A DNA stretch of 64,000 bases from Fimicolochytrium jonesii (Eukaryota), in NCBI RefSeq assembly GCF_025526975.1, contig NW_026515671.1, positions 1,364,001-1,428,000 of the forward strand, written 5' to 3'. Both the position numbers and the translations under genes were made by a program. Positions within the stretch are counted from its first letter, which is position 1, and each line of letters opens with the position of its first letter. Of the stretch, positions 13,579 to 28,000 are shown piece after piece. The notes under the pieces were generated by a model that ran no database searches, was not told where the DNA came from, and saw only the letters and a program-made list of their open reading frames with translations.

Positions 13579-15450
13579 ATGGTATTCGACCTCCCGCCCA
13601 TCGGCACAGAAGAGCGCCATCTCCACGACATCAAAGAGATCGAAGCACTAGCACGCGGGGTGTTGGACGTCCAAGCCTGCCCCGACCGTAACCTCTGCGA
13701 AGGCTTCGAACGCCTTGTCGAACTGGCGGGCACGCGTGACTTCCTCATGGGCGCCGCACAGCTTGCTCACTACACAAACCATATCAAATGCCTGCGCGAG
13801 GACCGGTACCACCTGGGATACGTGGCGCCGTGGGAGTTTGTGCACAAGATCAAGTACACTTTCATTGGGCTTGACAAGCAGCTTGCGACTTTTTTGGCGT
13901 CGGTGTCGAGCTCCTTCTTGAATGGGCTCACGGCCACGGCGTCGGCGACGGTTCCGATGGTGTTGGAGGAACTGTCAAAGTTGGATCGAAGGGATACGGT
14001 TGAAGCGCTACGCAGCTTCAAGGAATTCATGGACCTGATTCATATTCCGAAGAATCCCGCAGAGGTGGAATTTGACACATCCGAGGTTATCAGAATGGGA
14101 CTACACAGGGAAGGGTTCAAGATGTTTCCTCCGTCCGATGACGAAGGACTGGGCTTGCGGGACGAATTTGAGGAGCCGCATCTGTCGAGTTACGAGCAGC
14201 TGCCATCGTACTTTGATACCTATGGCAAATCGTCGAAATCTATGGGTGTGTTCGTCCGCTTTGTTGCGTCGGGGCAGATATCTGCAGGCGTCGCGCAACG
14301 TTCTAGTGCGGCCGAGGCAGCGACGTCTAGCAAATATGGATCGTCGCAGAAGGCCGAGGCAAGCAGGGTTGTTGCTCAGCAGCTGGCTGGGGTTTCGACG
14401 GCAGCTTCGACCGTCAACCGAGCCAGTATTGCCCCGGCTGTTGAAGTGTCGTTCCCGTCGAGCAGCCCACGCCGTCATATTGCTGGAAACAGGACGGCTG
14501 AAAGCAGGACGACCATTCCCGTGCGCCGACGTCCTAAGGGTCGCCCACCACACGCGGCGGGCTCGAATGCGGGATACACACCGGTTAGTGGAGCGTTTAG
14601 TGACGATGTTCACTACTCTACTCCGAACGTGCTGCACTACGAGATTCAAGAGGTCACCGATTGGGTTCAGGCCGCTCGGGACGCAGGTTATCCACCCCTT
14701 TCTGGTGAGTTCTTGGTTGAATCGATGTAACAAATCTCCCGATGCTATTCTGAATCGTTTGGGATGGTTTTTGCAGATTCCCGCGACACTACCACACCTC
14801 GCATCGTACCGCCCAGCATTCATCGCACCAAAGCGAGCCCGCGAACAAACACAGCATATCATTCCTCCGGCCCCCGGACAAACCACATTACACCTCCACA
14901 CGCAGGACGTGGCAGCAACACCGCCGGTCCATCACGACGGCCAGTCCGAGTCCCGGAACCACCGGCCACGCCCAGCCCGCCGAGGCGCCTGAGACAACCC
15001 AGCAACTACACACTTCATACCTCAATGGCAACGCCAACCTACCCATCGGCCGGCTTTGCCTTGCCACTAGACATACACCACCCTCAGTATCACATGAACT
15101 ATTACATGCCCGCGACTTTCGCCAACAACGCATACCCGGTCTATACCACGGCAACAAACTACTGCAACACATATCTGACACAAGTTTCGCCCTCGCCCTC
15201 TGCGGGTACGGATTACGCGTACTGTCAGTCGACGCCGACGTCGCCGTACGGATTCGCGACCTATTCTGACAGCTTCGCAATGTCGAATGGTTGCGTCCCT
15301 ACTCAGCATATCCTGGCGCCGCCGCAGAAGCGCAAGGGCGGCCCAACTGGAGCTGCTAGTGACTTGGGTAGTTCATCCGTGCCGGTTAAAAAGAGGGCGG
15401 TGAAGCGATCCAGGACTTCAAACCCTGCGACGTCCGTGAGGGCCCACTGA
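13579..15450 (+). CDS. Hypothetical protein (about 600 aa): helical N-terminal domain, S/P/T/Y-rich tail and basic C-terminal NLS-like motifs; 2 exons
   Basis: The 383-aa ORF is joined in frame to ORF 14764..15450 by intron gtgagt(14705)...ttgcag(14777). 'PQKRKGG' and 'PVKKRAVKRSR' near the C-terminus. Confidence 0.6.
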
Positions 15451-16543
15451 CGTGGTATACACTGAGGACGTACGCGTAGTTCATTTAACATTTCTGCATT
15501 CATTGCCGAGACTCCCCTAGACATTAGGATGTCACACATTTTTGGAAAAGAGTCTGTAACCCAAGTTTCACCTGTATTGTAGTGTGAGACTTCACGTTTA
15601 CACGGATGTATCGTCGTTAAGCAAATCTGCCTCCTTATTGAAGCCCTGATACGCTGATCGGCATATGTGATTTCTGAAGGTCATTAATCGAATCTCAAAC
15701 CGGATATGCAGGCTTCTTCCTGACTTGGCGAAACCATCAAATGTTTGCAGTGTTCGTCTGAATCCTCCCCAGGGGGTGTGGCAAGATCCCCATCTCTTTG
15801 ATAACTCGTCCACTGCTGCAGCCAGCTTGGCAAGCACTGCCCCATTTTTCTTTCTTCTTTTCGGCAACTGCTCTACTGCCCTACTGATAATACTTGCTGT
15901 ACGGTGCCAAGAGTCTTAGCGTTGATTGCCCTTTGTCGAAGGTGAACCGTGAAATGCATGGCAGAGTGTCGTGCACACTGCAGCTCGTGCTGGCGTGGCA
16001 TCTGGCAGGGCTACGGCGAAGTTTACGACAATAAGAAGATGCACACTTTTGCATGTTCCATCGGAGGGCTCCTTCCATGAAGCCTTGAAGTCTTGAAGAT
16101 CTCTTTGCGCGCGTCGCCATGTCACTTGGCGCGTGGAATCCTAGAATCGCCGTGGATTGGCGAAGGGCCCACAACCTCGCCGCTCCCACGCCCCTTGCCA
16201 GGTTGTTTGTTTTCCACAACCACCAACGACCAAGAAACTTGTCCTCCAATAATGCTCGTAACCACGAGAGCTGGGAGCTGGGAGAGTCACCAGTGGCGTT
16301 GCCCTGCTCCAACAACAGCTGGGAACAGCTACTCATCTCGAGGAGATTGATGGGCAAAGGGCGGGTATAAAACAGCAGCCTCTGCCTCCCACGGCTGGTA
16401 GATGCCTAACCATGCATGTCAATTGACGTTGAGGCTCACCACGCAACATAACTTTCACGACACCAACACTTGAACGGAGCCCCGCCCCGCCGCTCTTCTG
16501 CTTGAACTTCAGCTCCTATCCGCCCTTCTCTCACTACGGAGGC

Positions 16544-19500
16544 ATGGAAGACATGTCACCCAAACAACGGGTGCACCCAGAGATGGCCCACGTCCCGTTA
16601 CCGTCTTTGTGGGCGCAGCTGAAAGCCTTACTAAACCGCAATCGCCTCATCAAGATGAGGAACCGACCTCAGCTAATAGCGGAGTTAACGGTGCCAATGA
16701 TCTTCATTTTTTCGATCATGAGCCTTCGAATCGATTCAGGCGCCCAAACCTTCGCTGCTGTCAACGACTTCCCGCTTGTTCCTTCTATACCCGGGCCTGT
16801 TGGCCCCGATGCCGCACCTCTAGCACAGAGTAGCATCTTGGCCTATACCGCCCCATCTGCCGACACCGATGCCGTCATCGCGGCGACGATCCAAGATCTG
16901 AATGCAGCCCGTCAGAGCTTTCCTCAAATCTCGCCCTCGATTGGACCTTTTCAGCCTCTGACTTCGCGCGCGTTCTTGTCCGAAACGGATTTGGAAAAGT
17001 TCTACTTCCAAAATCCAGAAAGTTTCTTCGCCGGAATCGTCTTTGATTCTTCGATTACCTCATATACACTTCGCCTCAACACATCTGTCTTGCCAAATGC
17101 GAAAAGCGTTACAGCAAGTCCGGGAGCGTGTCGTGACCCCACTTTGATGCGGTTCGGATGCGAGATGGACAAGTATCTCCGGACCGGGTTTCTTTCGCTG
17201 CAAGGAGCATTGGACCAGGCGATCTCCAACCGTTTGTTGTCAAGCAATGTGTCAGTCAGCAACTATTTTCAACAGATGCCGATTGCCGAATCAACAGAGC
17301 AGTCTACTATCGCCGGCGCCACCAATGTGATGATCCCGCTTTACTTGACGATCGCCTTCTTTCAGTTCTACATCTCGGTCCTCTTCTACGTTGTGCAAGA
17401 GAAGGAAAAGCGAATCAAAGAGTTGGTCTACATAATGGGCCTGCGGCCTTTGGCTTTTTGGCTCAGTTGGGGAATAACCTACGCGTTCGGCATCATTCCT
17501 CCGGTCGTCATCATTGTAACGGTCAGTATTCTCGCTGCTCACTGTAGCCCCTTGTCTATATCCTCCACTTTTGCCCTAGCTCACACGTCCCGGTTGCAGG
17601 CGATCGTGAAAGGGATCTCCTTCCTGCCAAATACAAGTTTCCTTCTCATCTTGATTATATTCTATCTGTACTGCATCTCGACCGTCGCCCTTGCCTTCGC
17701 CACTTCGCCGTTCTTCTCCAAAACGATGCTGGCGAACGTCGTCGGCCCATTCGTGACGTAAGTGGGATTTCTCACGTCGCCCTTGGCAGCTCTAACCCTA
17801 ACCCTAACATGGCAATTAGGATCATCCCCGCCGTACTCCAAATCGCTTTGCAAGACACGCAGCTGTCCTCCGGCGCCCAAGTTATCATCGCAATGGTCCT
17901 CAGCCCCCTCGGCCATACCCTGCTGCTGAACACCGTGGTAAAACTGGAGATTAACGGAAGCGGCATGCAGTGGTCGTCCATTCCTTGGAATGGAGCTGGC
18001 ACGTACTTGCTCGGATTGGCGCTTTCGACGCCTTTCTACGCACTCCTGGCGATGTACTTGGACGCTGTCGTCAAGCAGGAGTTTGGAGTAACGCGTCCGT
18101 GGTACTTTCCCCTGACGATGTTCAGTCGGAAGGCAAACTCGAAAGGTGCCCTCGAATCTCATACGAGACATCAAGACAACCCGGACGATATGGAGCCCGA
18201 TGAGAGCGGAGCCGGGGTTGCCGTCGAAATCACTGGTCTGAGAAGAATATTCGGTGAAAGTTCCAGATTCACCGGCAAATCCAAGCCAAAGGTTGCGGTT
18301 GACAACCTGAACTTGCACATGAATAGTGGGGAGATCTTTGGTATATTGGGACACAACGGGGCCGGCAAAACGACAACCATCCACATGCTCTGCGGGCTCA
18401 TCCCCCCGACTGAAGGCACGGCTACGATCTACGGTCTCGATATTCGCAAGGACATGCCGCAGATCAGGCAACTGCTCGGCGTGACCCCGCAGCATGACTG
18501 CTTGTTCGACAAGCTTACCGTTGTTGAGCACTTGCGTTGTTTTGCTGGGATCAAGGGTATCACTGGGGAGGAGAGGGATACTCGGGTGGAAGAAGTCTTA
18601 CGCGAAGTTCATCTTGATGAAAAGCGAAACACGTTCGCGGAGGGGTTGAGTGGTGGGGAGAAGCGGAAATTGGTAAGGAACTGACTCGACAGCTCGAACG
18701 TACTTGGAGATCTCGCCACTAACCGTCGGTCTGTGACAGTCTGTGGGCATCGCCATCCTAGCTCGTCCCAAGTTATTGATTCTAGACGAACCGACATCCG
18801 GCATGGACCCCTTATCGCGCCGTCAACTATGGGACCTCCTATCCGCCGGCAAACCAGACCGCTGCACCTTGCTGTCCACTCACTTCATGGACGAAGCCGA
18901 CGTCCTGGCAGATCGCAAAGCTATTCTGTCGCATGGCCAAGTTCAATGCTTGGGAACATCCATGTTCCTCAAGAAGCGTTTTGGAATCGGGTACCAGCTT
19001 GACATCGTTCACGCGCCCAATGTGCAAGAGTCAATCGATGAGGTAGTCAAGCACCAGATTCCTACTGCTAAGTTCACCGATGAAGACTTGAACCCATACG
19101 GGGGTGACAACAGCTCTAGTCACGCTGGACCCGCAAGCAACACCATTGTCAGTAAATGGGAGCTACCCGCCGAACACGTCGCTCGTTTCCCGGCGCTATT
19201 GAAGATCCTGGACGGCGCTGCGAGCGGGCAGGCTACCAATGGGCCACGCATCGAGTCTTATGGCTTGAGTATGCCTACGCTGGAGCAGGTGTTCCTGAAG
19301 AGCGCGGAGCTGGACGAGGCGGAGATCCCGAATGCTAAATCTGGGAGCGCTACCACGGTGATCAATGTTCGGGCATCATCTAAGGAAGCTCTCTTGCCGC
19401 GCCCAAAAGGTTCGTAGCATTCCATTTCCGATGGTGTGGTGGCACTGTCTGTTGCTGAAGTCTCTAACATGACACTCCCTGGTTTCAGCGAATGATATCC

Positions 19501-22113
19501 GCCCACTGTCCTTCTGGGGCCACGTGATCACCGTCGCTAAGCTTCGATACCTCCTGGAGTTCCGACAGAAACGCAAGCTGTTCTTCGCCGTCGGATTGCC
19601 AATCGTCATGCTACTCGTCGGCCTCGTCCTACGAACGGGAGGAAACGAAACTTCGGCATCTACATCAACTCGCACTTTCATCATCTCTTCCGACAGCGGC
19701 ACCTTGTTCTACGATGCTGTCGGAAGCAACGCGACCGACGGCGTTGCAATTGCCAACGTGATCAAGCCTACCCCTGCCGTTGACAACGACGCCGGAATGA
19801 ATCGACCCCAGTGGGTGCTGAACAATCAGCCACACATTGGTGGCTTCCAACTCGGATCGGCGGGCGCAAGCAATTACCTAGCAACGATCTTCTTCAATGG
19901 CACTGGAGACGTCGACACGATTCCCAAGCTGGCCAACACGGTACACAACGCCATCTTAGCACAACGATTCGCTGCGGCTGGGAGAACGACGGACGTGCCT
20001 CAAATCAAAGCTTCTCTCGAACCGCTCACAAATGTATACGAGAAAGTCTGGGATACGAGGGCGTTTGTCAGTACCATGCTGATCGGGTTTGCGTTCGGTT
20101 ACTCTGCTGCTGGGCATGCGATCGCTTTAGTGCTTGAGCGCCAGGAAAGGATTGTTCATCAGTTGTATGTTATGGGACTCCCGCGTGCTGCATATTGGGC
20201 GGGCACATTCCTTGTTGATTGGAGCGTCTTTATGATCTTGCCAGGTGAGGGTTTGTCCACACTTTCCAATCCATGCTTCCGTGCTGAACGTCTTCTGCAT
20301 CAGTCGTGATTATCATCTTCATCTTTGCGCTCCCGATCGCCAATTTCGGCGGCGCCGCCTTCCCCATCGTCTTCCTCGGGCTGATGGTCGGCCTTCCATC
20401 TGCGCTATTGTTCAGCTACGCACTCTCGCTGGTGTTCACCAACATCGAGACCGCACGTAATGTGATGTCCGGCATCATCTCCCCAATGGTTCTGATTCCA
20501 TACTTGTTGGTGACGCTCATCAGCAACGAAAACACAGCCAAGACCCTCCACTACGTCTTTGCAACCGTGGACCCGTACTACCCCGTCGTCGGGATCCTCT
20601 ACCACGTCAACATGCTCAGCCTTATCAACAGTGTGGTCCCCGGCATGCCCGCGCTGACGGTTGCAGACTACTTTGCCTTTGACGCCGTCGCTTTTCCGAC
20701 GCTGTTGATTGCTCTGGTGCAGCTCGGCGTGGCGTCGATGGTGATCTATTACTTGGACTTCCAGAAGACGCGCTTCACCGAGTCGAGCATCAAGCCGTGG
20801 AATTCCGCCGATATGGACCAGCTTCGTGCGAAAAGGGAGGGTCGTGGTCCGGATGCTGAGGCCGACGACGAAGATGTCATCAAAGAACGCCGTAGAGTGC
20901 AAGACCAGCTTGAAGTGCTTTCTGCGTCTAAAACCGTTACGGACTTGGAGACGGGAGACAGCAGCACTGACGTAGACTCGGTGCTCGTCGCAAATGTGCG
21001 GAAGACGTATCCCGCTCAAAAGACCCGCAAATGGTGGGAAAAATCTGCCCTCGAGACCGTCAGGCCTGCTGTGGATTGGAGCAGCTGGGGTGTCTCACAA
21101 GGGGAAGTATTCGGACTTTTGGGCCCTAATGGTAAGCATTTACTCATTGAGGTCTTTCCCATTGAGTCCAGATTGCTGATCTGTTATGTGCCCAATATGC
21201 AGGTGCGGGAAAGACATCCACTCTCTCGATCGCCGTCGGCGCCATCGCTCCCACACATGGCAACGTCTACGTTCAAGGACGCTCAATCTTTGCGCGCAAC
21301 TCGGACGCTTACAAGCATATCGGCTTCGACCCTCAATTCGACGCCCTGTGGCCAGATTTAACGCCAATGGAGCATCTCAAGCTTTACGGCACGTTGAAAG
21401 GCATGCAAGAGGATGCCTGTCTCGCCAGAATCGATACCCTCCTCAAGGTGCTCGACATCGAAGAGTTCCGCACTGTGCACTCTGGCAATTTGAGTGGCGG
21501 AAACCGCCGCAAACTGAGTTTCGCCATCGCTATCTCGGGAGAGCCCGATGTTCTGTTCCTCGACGAACCTAGTACGGGCATCGATCCGTCCGCCAGGCGC
21601 CGGTTGTGGGATATCCTGCTTGGAACAAAAGATAGAAGGGCCACGGTCCTCACCACGCACTCGATGGAGGAAGCGGACATTCTCTCGACCAAAATCGGCA
21701 TCCAAGTTGCAGGCAGGCTACGATGCTTTGGCACGGCGCAGCATCTCAAATCCAAGTTTGGGGAAGGTTATCAGTTGGAGGTGCAGACTCATGGCGCCTC
21801 GGCTGCGGCTGCGAGGTCATCGGCCTCCCCGGCTCAAAACGCTACTGATGACGCGATCGTATCGGTCTTCCCGAACGCGGCCCTAGTCGATCATTTCGCA
21901 ACCATGCGTCGCTACCGTGTGCCCGTGTCGGACTTCGCTTCGAACGCTACAGCTGAGCAAGCACCGAAAGTCTCGGGTCTTGGAGGCGCATTCGAGGCGC
22001 TGGAAGAACTCAGGGCGACACGCACATCGAACATCAAGAACTATGCGTTTAGCCAAACCACGTTGGATCAGGTTTTCATTGATTTTGCGAAAGGGTCCCA
22101 AGTTGCGAGTTGA
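16544..22113 (+). CDS. ABC transporter subfamily A (full size, TMD-NBD-TMD-NBD), multi-exon
   Basis: '[12 protein letters not shown]', '[17 protein letters not shown]', NBD1 'GHNGAGKTT...LSGGEKRKL...[11 protein letters not shown]', NBD2 'LLGPNG/AGKT...[14 protein letters not shown]...[11 protein letters not shown]', '[13 protein letters not shown]'. TATAAAA at 16366. Confidence 0.96.
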
Positions 22114-23167
22114 TTCTGAGACGCCTTCGGAAGCAAGCAGTTCCCGTTCCACCTCATTGAATTCTCTTAAGTTTTGCAATGCTTTGGCATCTTCTTAATT
22201 CATTTTGTATGTACTGTCGTCGCTAGCGAGAGGAACTTTTTTGGCCGTTTTGGTTTTTCAATACAATGGTTCTTACGCATCAACCCTTTTTAACGGAGAG
22301 GACGGTATCGATAGTGAAGCCAGCGTTTGCATGTCGTCGGAATGTGTCACTATGTGTTGTGTGGCTTGTCCGAGGCGCAGCGAGCGACGCGTGAGCCGGA
22401 AGTCGGAAACTCAGGACTGACAGCAATTGATGTGTCATGCGTGACACAAACCTTCTCCAGGGTCAGATGGCCAGCGCCAAACACCAAATCGACGGCTTAA
22501 TGAGGACGAAGCCTGGCAATCAAGCCTGATCCCCTTCCTGTAACATTGTGTGATATTATGGTGTTCGCTTGTCTCAGGGCTTCTTGGCAAGCCCGCCAGA
22601 TGGCTGGGTATATGATACGCACTATATAGCCGGCTCAAATACTCGCATCCCTGACGACGCCGCACTGCGATGCACTCCCCAAATTGTCGGCGCAAATTGC
22701 GGAGGGCATGCAACAAATCGGAAGTGCGAGCTTGCAACCTGCGGGGACCTGTATTGGCCTTGCACCTGATGTGCCTTCCAAGGGACCCCAATTCCGCGCC
22801 TGGTTGCGGGACACGGCGGGGGGAAGAGTGGAGATGGCTATTACGGTTATCGGTCCAGACGGTCAGGTCAGGTGCCGTTGACGTGGCATGCCCGATGATC
22901 TCAGGGATGGCGGCCCCCATCAACCACTTCCGAATGGAAGGTACAGTAGGGTATGGAAGGGACGGGTTGAGCTGCTGCTGCTATATAAGAGACCATCCTT
23001 CTCGTCGTTCCTCTCCACTGGCTGCATACCTTTGAGAGAACATATCCGTATGCAGGCGCAACTTCAAATATATAATACATAGGCTGTAACTTCGTCCCAT
23101 ACGCTTGAAACCAAACGAGACTTGCCAACAGAGAACACCCGTCCACTTCCAAACCAAAATCGCAACC

Positions 23168-23934
23168 ATGCTCGCTGAGAAACAAGCAGCCAAAACCGCC
23201 GCAGCGCTCAACAAGCTGACAAAGTCCCTAACGACGAACGGTGTCATGCCCGATGTCATCCCAGATAGCGCCAACTTCAAGCCCTCCTACGAGCTCGGCG
23301 TCAAGTTCCCATCAGGGAAGAAGGCCGCGCTCGGGAAAGAGCTCCCGGCTGCTGCGTGTCTGTCTGCACCATCGGTAACGTGGCCTGCCGACCCCGAGAG
23401 CTTCTACACCGTTATTATGGTCGACCCCGACGCACCAAGCCGTGACAAGCCAACTCAGGTATGTTCTCCTTCTCGTATTCTTCGTCGTCGTCGGCGCTGC
23501 AAACGTGGCTCCTCCGGCCCCAAAGATTTTTCCCACGCGTCTAAATGTCATCACAAACCCATACTCACACTTTCTTTGTTTTCCTCACAGGGCGAATGGA
23601 GACACTGGGTCGTCGGAAACATTCCCGGTGCAGAAGTCGAGAAAGGAGAGGATTTGCAAGACTACCAAGAGCCTACGCCCCCACCAGGCACCGGACTTCA
23701 CCGTTACGTCTTCCTGCTGTATAAGGTACGGGATTTCTCATCAACCCCTCACGCATTACCTTACCGTGTCAAACATTCGATCTCACTTTCTCCCGTCATT
23801 TTTTGCAGCAAAAGTCCAAACTGGAACTCAGCGTCTTCGAAGGCAAACGCAACGGTTGGAATGCGCACCGCTGGGCAAAGCAAAAAGGCATGACGTTGGA
23901 AGGCGCCAACTTCTTCCAGTGCCAGGAGAAATAA
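23168..23934 (+). CDS. Phosphatidylethanolamine-binding protein (PEBP/RKIP/Tfs1 family), 3 exons
   Basis: 'YTVIMVDPDAPSR', 'EWRHWVVGNIPG', 'PTPPPGTGLHRYVFLLY', last exon ending 'GANFFQCQEK*'. Confidence 0.95.
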
Positions 23935-25035
23935 AGCTCCCGCTGTGAGCCGACTAGCGGCGGGGCACATTGCGTCCCATTCTAGCACTTTCTTACCTCC
24001 GCTGTGGGGTAAAAACTGTACAAAACAATGGCATCCACTTGCAACGCAAATGTATACCATGGCCCTTTTTTTCGTTTGAAATAACAACAAACCGAATGCT
24101 TGATGAACAAACTTGCTTACTCCCATTCGCCTCTGGACTTTCGGAATGATCCTCGTTAGCCCGATGCTGTAGAAAGGTGTGGGGCCGAGCGCATGTCGGA
24201 ATTTTGGATCGGGTATCCGGCCTCCCACAAATGGTGATGTGTCATCAGGCTGAATTCGGAGCGTCACGCGTTTGCTGTGAGCGTTGCTGTACGCGTATCA
24301 CACGAGCTCGAGCATGGATATATGGAGGCCTGACTCGGACTTAACGGTGCGAACAGTTTTATGCGAACAGATTACCAGGCCGAGCACCCGAAAACCACGT
24401 CTACAAATGAATACCCAAATCTGCCTTATATATCTACATGAATAGATTTGTTTGTAGCATCTTCAGTGCCTTTTGAAGCGGAACACCATCTGCACAGAAT
24501 CCGGAAGGGTTGGGGGGCTTTTTAGTCCACATTGCATATCTTGCCATACATATGTCTGACTTGCGTTCCGCACAAGCTATTGATATGTCGATGTCATCAT
24601 ATATCTGTTGTGTATCTTCGTTAACACTTACGCCGCAACCTGCGTTGAGTGTCCAGTGCACGAGCCCTCGAACACATGGTAGGGCCCAAAACGGCGCGGA
24701 GATAATGATGCAGGAGACGACGAAGACTTGCCTTTTATTGTATGGTGTGAACTGGGTGTGCGCACGCTGGAAGAATCGCTTGATCTTGCGTTTGTTGAGC
24801 CCCGTGGCCATGCGAAATCATCTGGTGTCGTTCGCCACGTGGGCAGGCGTCGACTTGAGAGCGATGAGCTCCAGATGGAGCGTTGGTATGCATGTGCCGA
24901 TCGCTGCCGGACGGCTACGGAGTACTTTCGAGGTGTGAAATCATACAAACCTGTGAAATAGATGACGATACGTGCGGCGAAAGATCGGGATAGTTGGTCG
25001 CTGGCAACTGTGTATATGCCCGTGTCGAAAGCGTG

Positions 25036-28000
25036 TCAGATCGTCGGTCCAGCAATATAAACGCCCATGTCCTTAAACGCCTTGTCAATAGACGCAGCAT
25101 GCTGATGATTATGCAGAATATACGACAGAATGCCCGCGTGCACGGTGTAATAGTCGAGCTCCTTGGCCAACTGCGATAGCCGATTCAAGCGCCCGTCGAG
25201 CTGCAGACGCGTCGCGAGATTGGAGGGGTACACCGATGTGATGGAAACCTTGAGGCGAGACAACGTGTAGCCGGTCGATCGACGCTTGGTGGTGATGACG
25301 ACTGGGTAGTCGCGCACTTTTTTGTCGTTTACGGCAGTATCCGACATGTGGATGCTGGCTCTACCCGTGATGCAGAAAATGTCGGCGTCGGCGAGGTCGC
25401 GCGCGTTCGTTTTAGAGGCGGCAGCGGAAGTTTTGGCGCGTCCACGACTGACGCGGATCACCAACTTCGTGAGCTCTTCTTGATGCACCTCGTCATTAGC
25501 GACCAAGAAAACGCCACCTCGCCATTTCGCATCATTGCCGAATTCCAATTTGCCGTAAAGCAATTCGACTGCCAGTCGCGCCATTTCACGCGTACACGCA
25601 TCGTAACAGAGCGTAGCGGCGCGTGAAGCGTCTTGTCGTGACGAGTAATTGTTGACGCCTCCATACTTTTCAGGCACCAAGGAACGGTACCTGTGCTCCT
25701 CCTCAGGCGACGACCATGGCGCTTCGATCTCGTGGGTACGCACGTGCACGCCGGTATCGACGATCTGGCTGACGAGGCTGTTACAGGCGGCCCAGAAGTT
25801 GCGCTCGTTAACGGCAAACGGCACGACGAGGGAGATCCACGGGATAAGCTTATAGATGCGATTATCCTTGGTAGGCGTGCCGCTCAGTGCGACGAATCCG
25901 AGAGACAGCTTAGCAATCTCGCGCGCAATCGTGGTCCGCTGCGTTTCGTCCAGTGCCATGTGTGCTTCATCCATGACCAAGAAAAGATCATCCGATGCCT
26001 GGCGCAACTCGTCAGCCATTCGTTTCAGATCGTCATGGAGTACAATCGTGATCGCAAAGCGTGCCAAGTTTTTGACGTCAGTCTGTCGAACTACGCCGTC
26101 AGGCAGCGCCTTACTCTTGTTGTTCTTGGTTGGCATCATCCAATGCACCGCAAAGCCAAACGATTTCAGCTCCTGCGCGACACTATCGACAGCGGGAGGC
26201 GGCAACGACCAGATAACATGCTCTGGCAAAAGCCCGTTGACGGCGAGATGCTGTAGGTACATCGAGACAATAAGGGTTTTGCCGCTTCCCATTGGGGAGT
26301 GCAGATAGTGCCCGCGTCGGCCTGCATTCAGCTTCCCGATCATGTCGTTGAGAGCCTCGGTTTGATGCAACCATGGTGCGAACGGTGCGGCCCAAGTGTC
26401 CGGCTTCCAGTCTGCAACCACACCACGTGCGGCCGCGGTCGCGGGATGCTGCTTCCGGGTATCCTTAAGCTCTCCCAGTCGCCTGTCCAGCACGAGTGTG
26501 CGTAGATGTGCGACAGCATACCAGATGAGGGGTCCGTTCGGAACGATGAAAGCAGCTAGATGGCGTGCGGCCGGACGCAAAGCACCGGGGAAGAGCAACG
26601 AGAACCGTAACAACCATCGAAAGGCCGCCGTATCGTTGATGTTCACCTGATACTCCATCCCGTTGCCATTGCGCGCTATCCGATTCAAACGAACGTCGTG
26701 GTCATACGTTTCCAGGTAATATAACACGCGGGATAGTACCGCAAGCGAAGGCGCTTTCGCTACCAATTCCTTGAGTGCTTCCATCGCGCCTTCTTGAATG
26801 CCTGGACCTTGCGATAAGAGGGCGCCTTCCATCGTATACGGCACTGAGGGATGAACCGGCACTTGCAATTTGAGGCGACGTGCTTCTTGCCACAGCACAC
26901 GACGTGCTCCACGACCGCTCTGAGACACGATCCAATAATCGTTCCGCTCGGCATCCCACATGGCTGTACACCCTTTGAAGTTGGTAGAGGGTGCGCGAGT
27001 GGCTTTGAGAGGTACACCCGCGCTCAACAGCTGACGCGCTTCTTCGACGGCTTCGCTCTCGATCTCGTCCGACAAGGCCGCCTCATCAGCTTTGAGGCCG
27101 CGTGCAGGCTTGCGAATCACCATGAGTTCCGACGGGTCATCGCAGCAGAGCGTGACGAGGAGAGCAGGGCGGGCTTGGGTCCCCTTCCGCGCATTTTTGG
27201 CCCGCCCTTTGAGTTCAATGGCGCCTACCAGGCCCGGTAACCACGACTGATCGAGCTCAAAGGTGAAGTCATGTGAGATGTTGGGCACCTCTGGCCGCAT
27301 CGGTCCCAGCGGTGAGAATGCCGACAAGACGAGGCGTCGCTGAGCGAGTCGTGTTTCACGTACAAAGGGATCATCATTAAACGAGGCTTCCTCCAGTATT
27401 GTGCGTCGCGGATTGGCACCCGTGACTTGTTCAAACAAACGTTTGAATAACGGTGCATATGGCTGTCCCGGAGAGGCTCTTTTGCATTCGCGTTCGACCA
27501 CGCCCACACTGTAATAGTAGCCGATGTTGGGGAATGCGTGCTGGTCGCAGTGGTGGTAGATCGGTAACGACTCGAACCCATGCCACCCGGAGGCAAGCTT
27601 GCTATTCCACGATGATGCTCCAGATTCACAATGTCCCCGGATCGTGAATCGCAATGTCCGTGCGTCAACCTCACTCGCAATGTAGCGCACCATGGCCAGG
27701 TCGCCCGAAAAGCTGCGCAGTGTGTCAAGCAAAGCTGACGACGCTTGCAGCTTGGTCGTCCCGGCACCCAGTGTCCAAGCAGGCATCGCTTCACCCGCAG
27801 GGATATCATAGCGAAAGCACAGAGGGGAAGCATATGCTGTTAGCGCGGCACGAAACCACTGCATCAGCAAATCGCTAGTCGGACGCCAGCTTCGCACACG
27901 CTGCGTCATCATAGCGCCTGCCAGGAGTGAGAGTACAGTAGCGCCGTCGTCGTCGAATGAAGAATCCTCGAAAAGGATAACAGCAAGGCGTTTGAGGAAA

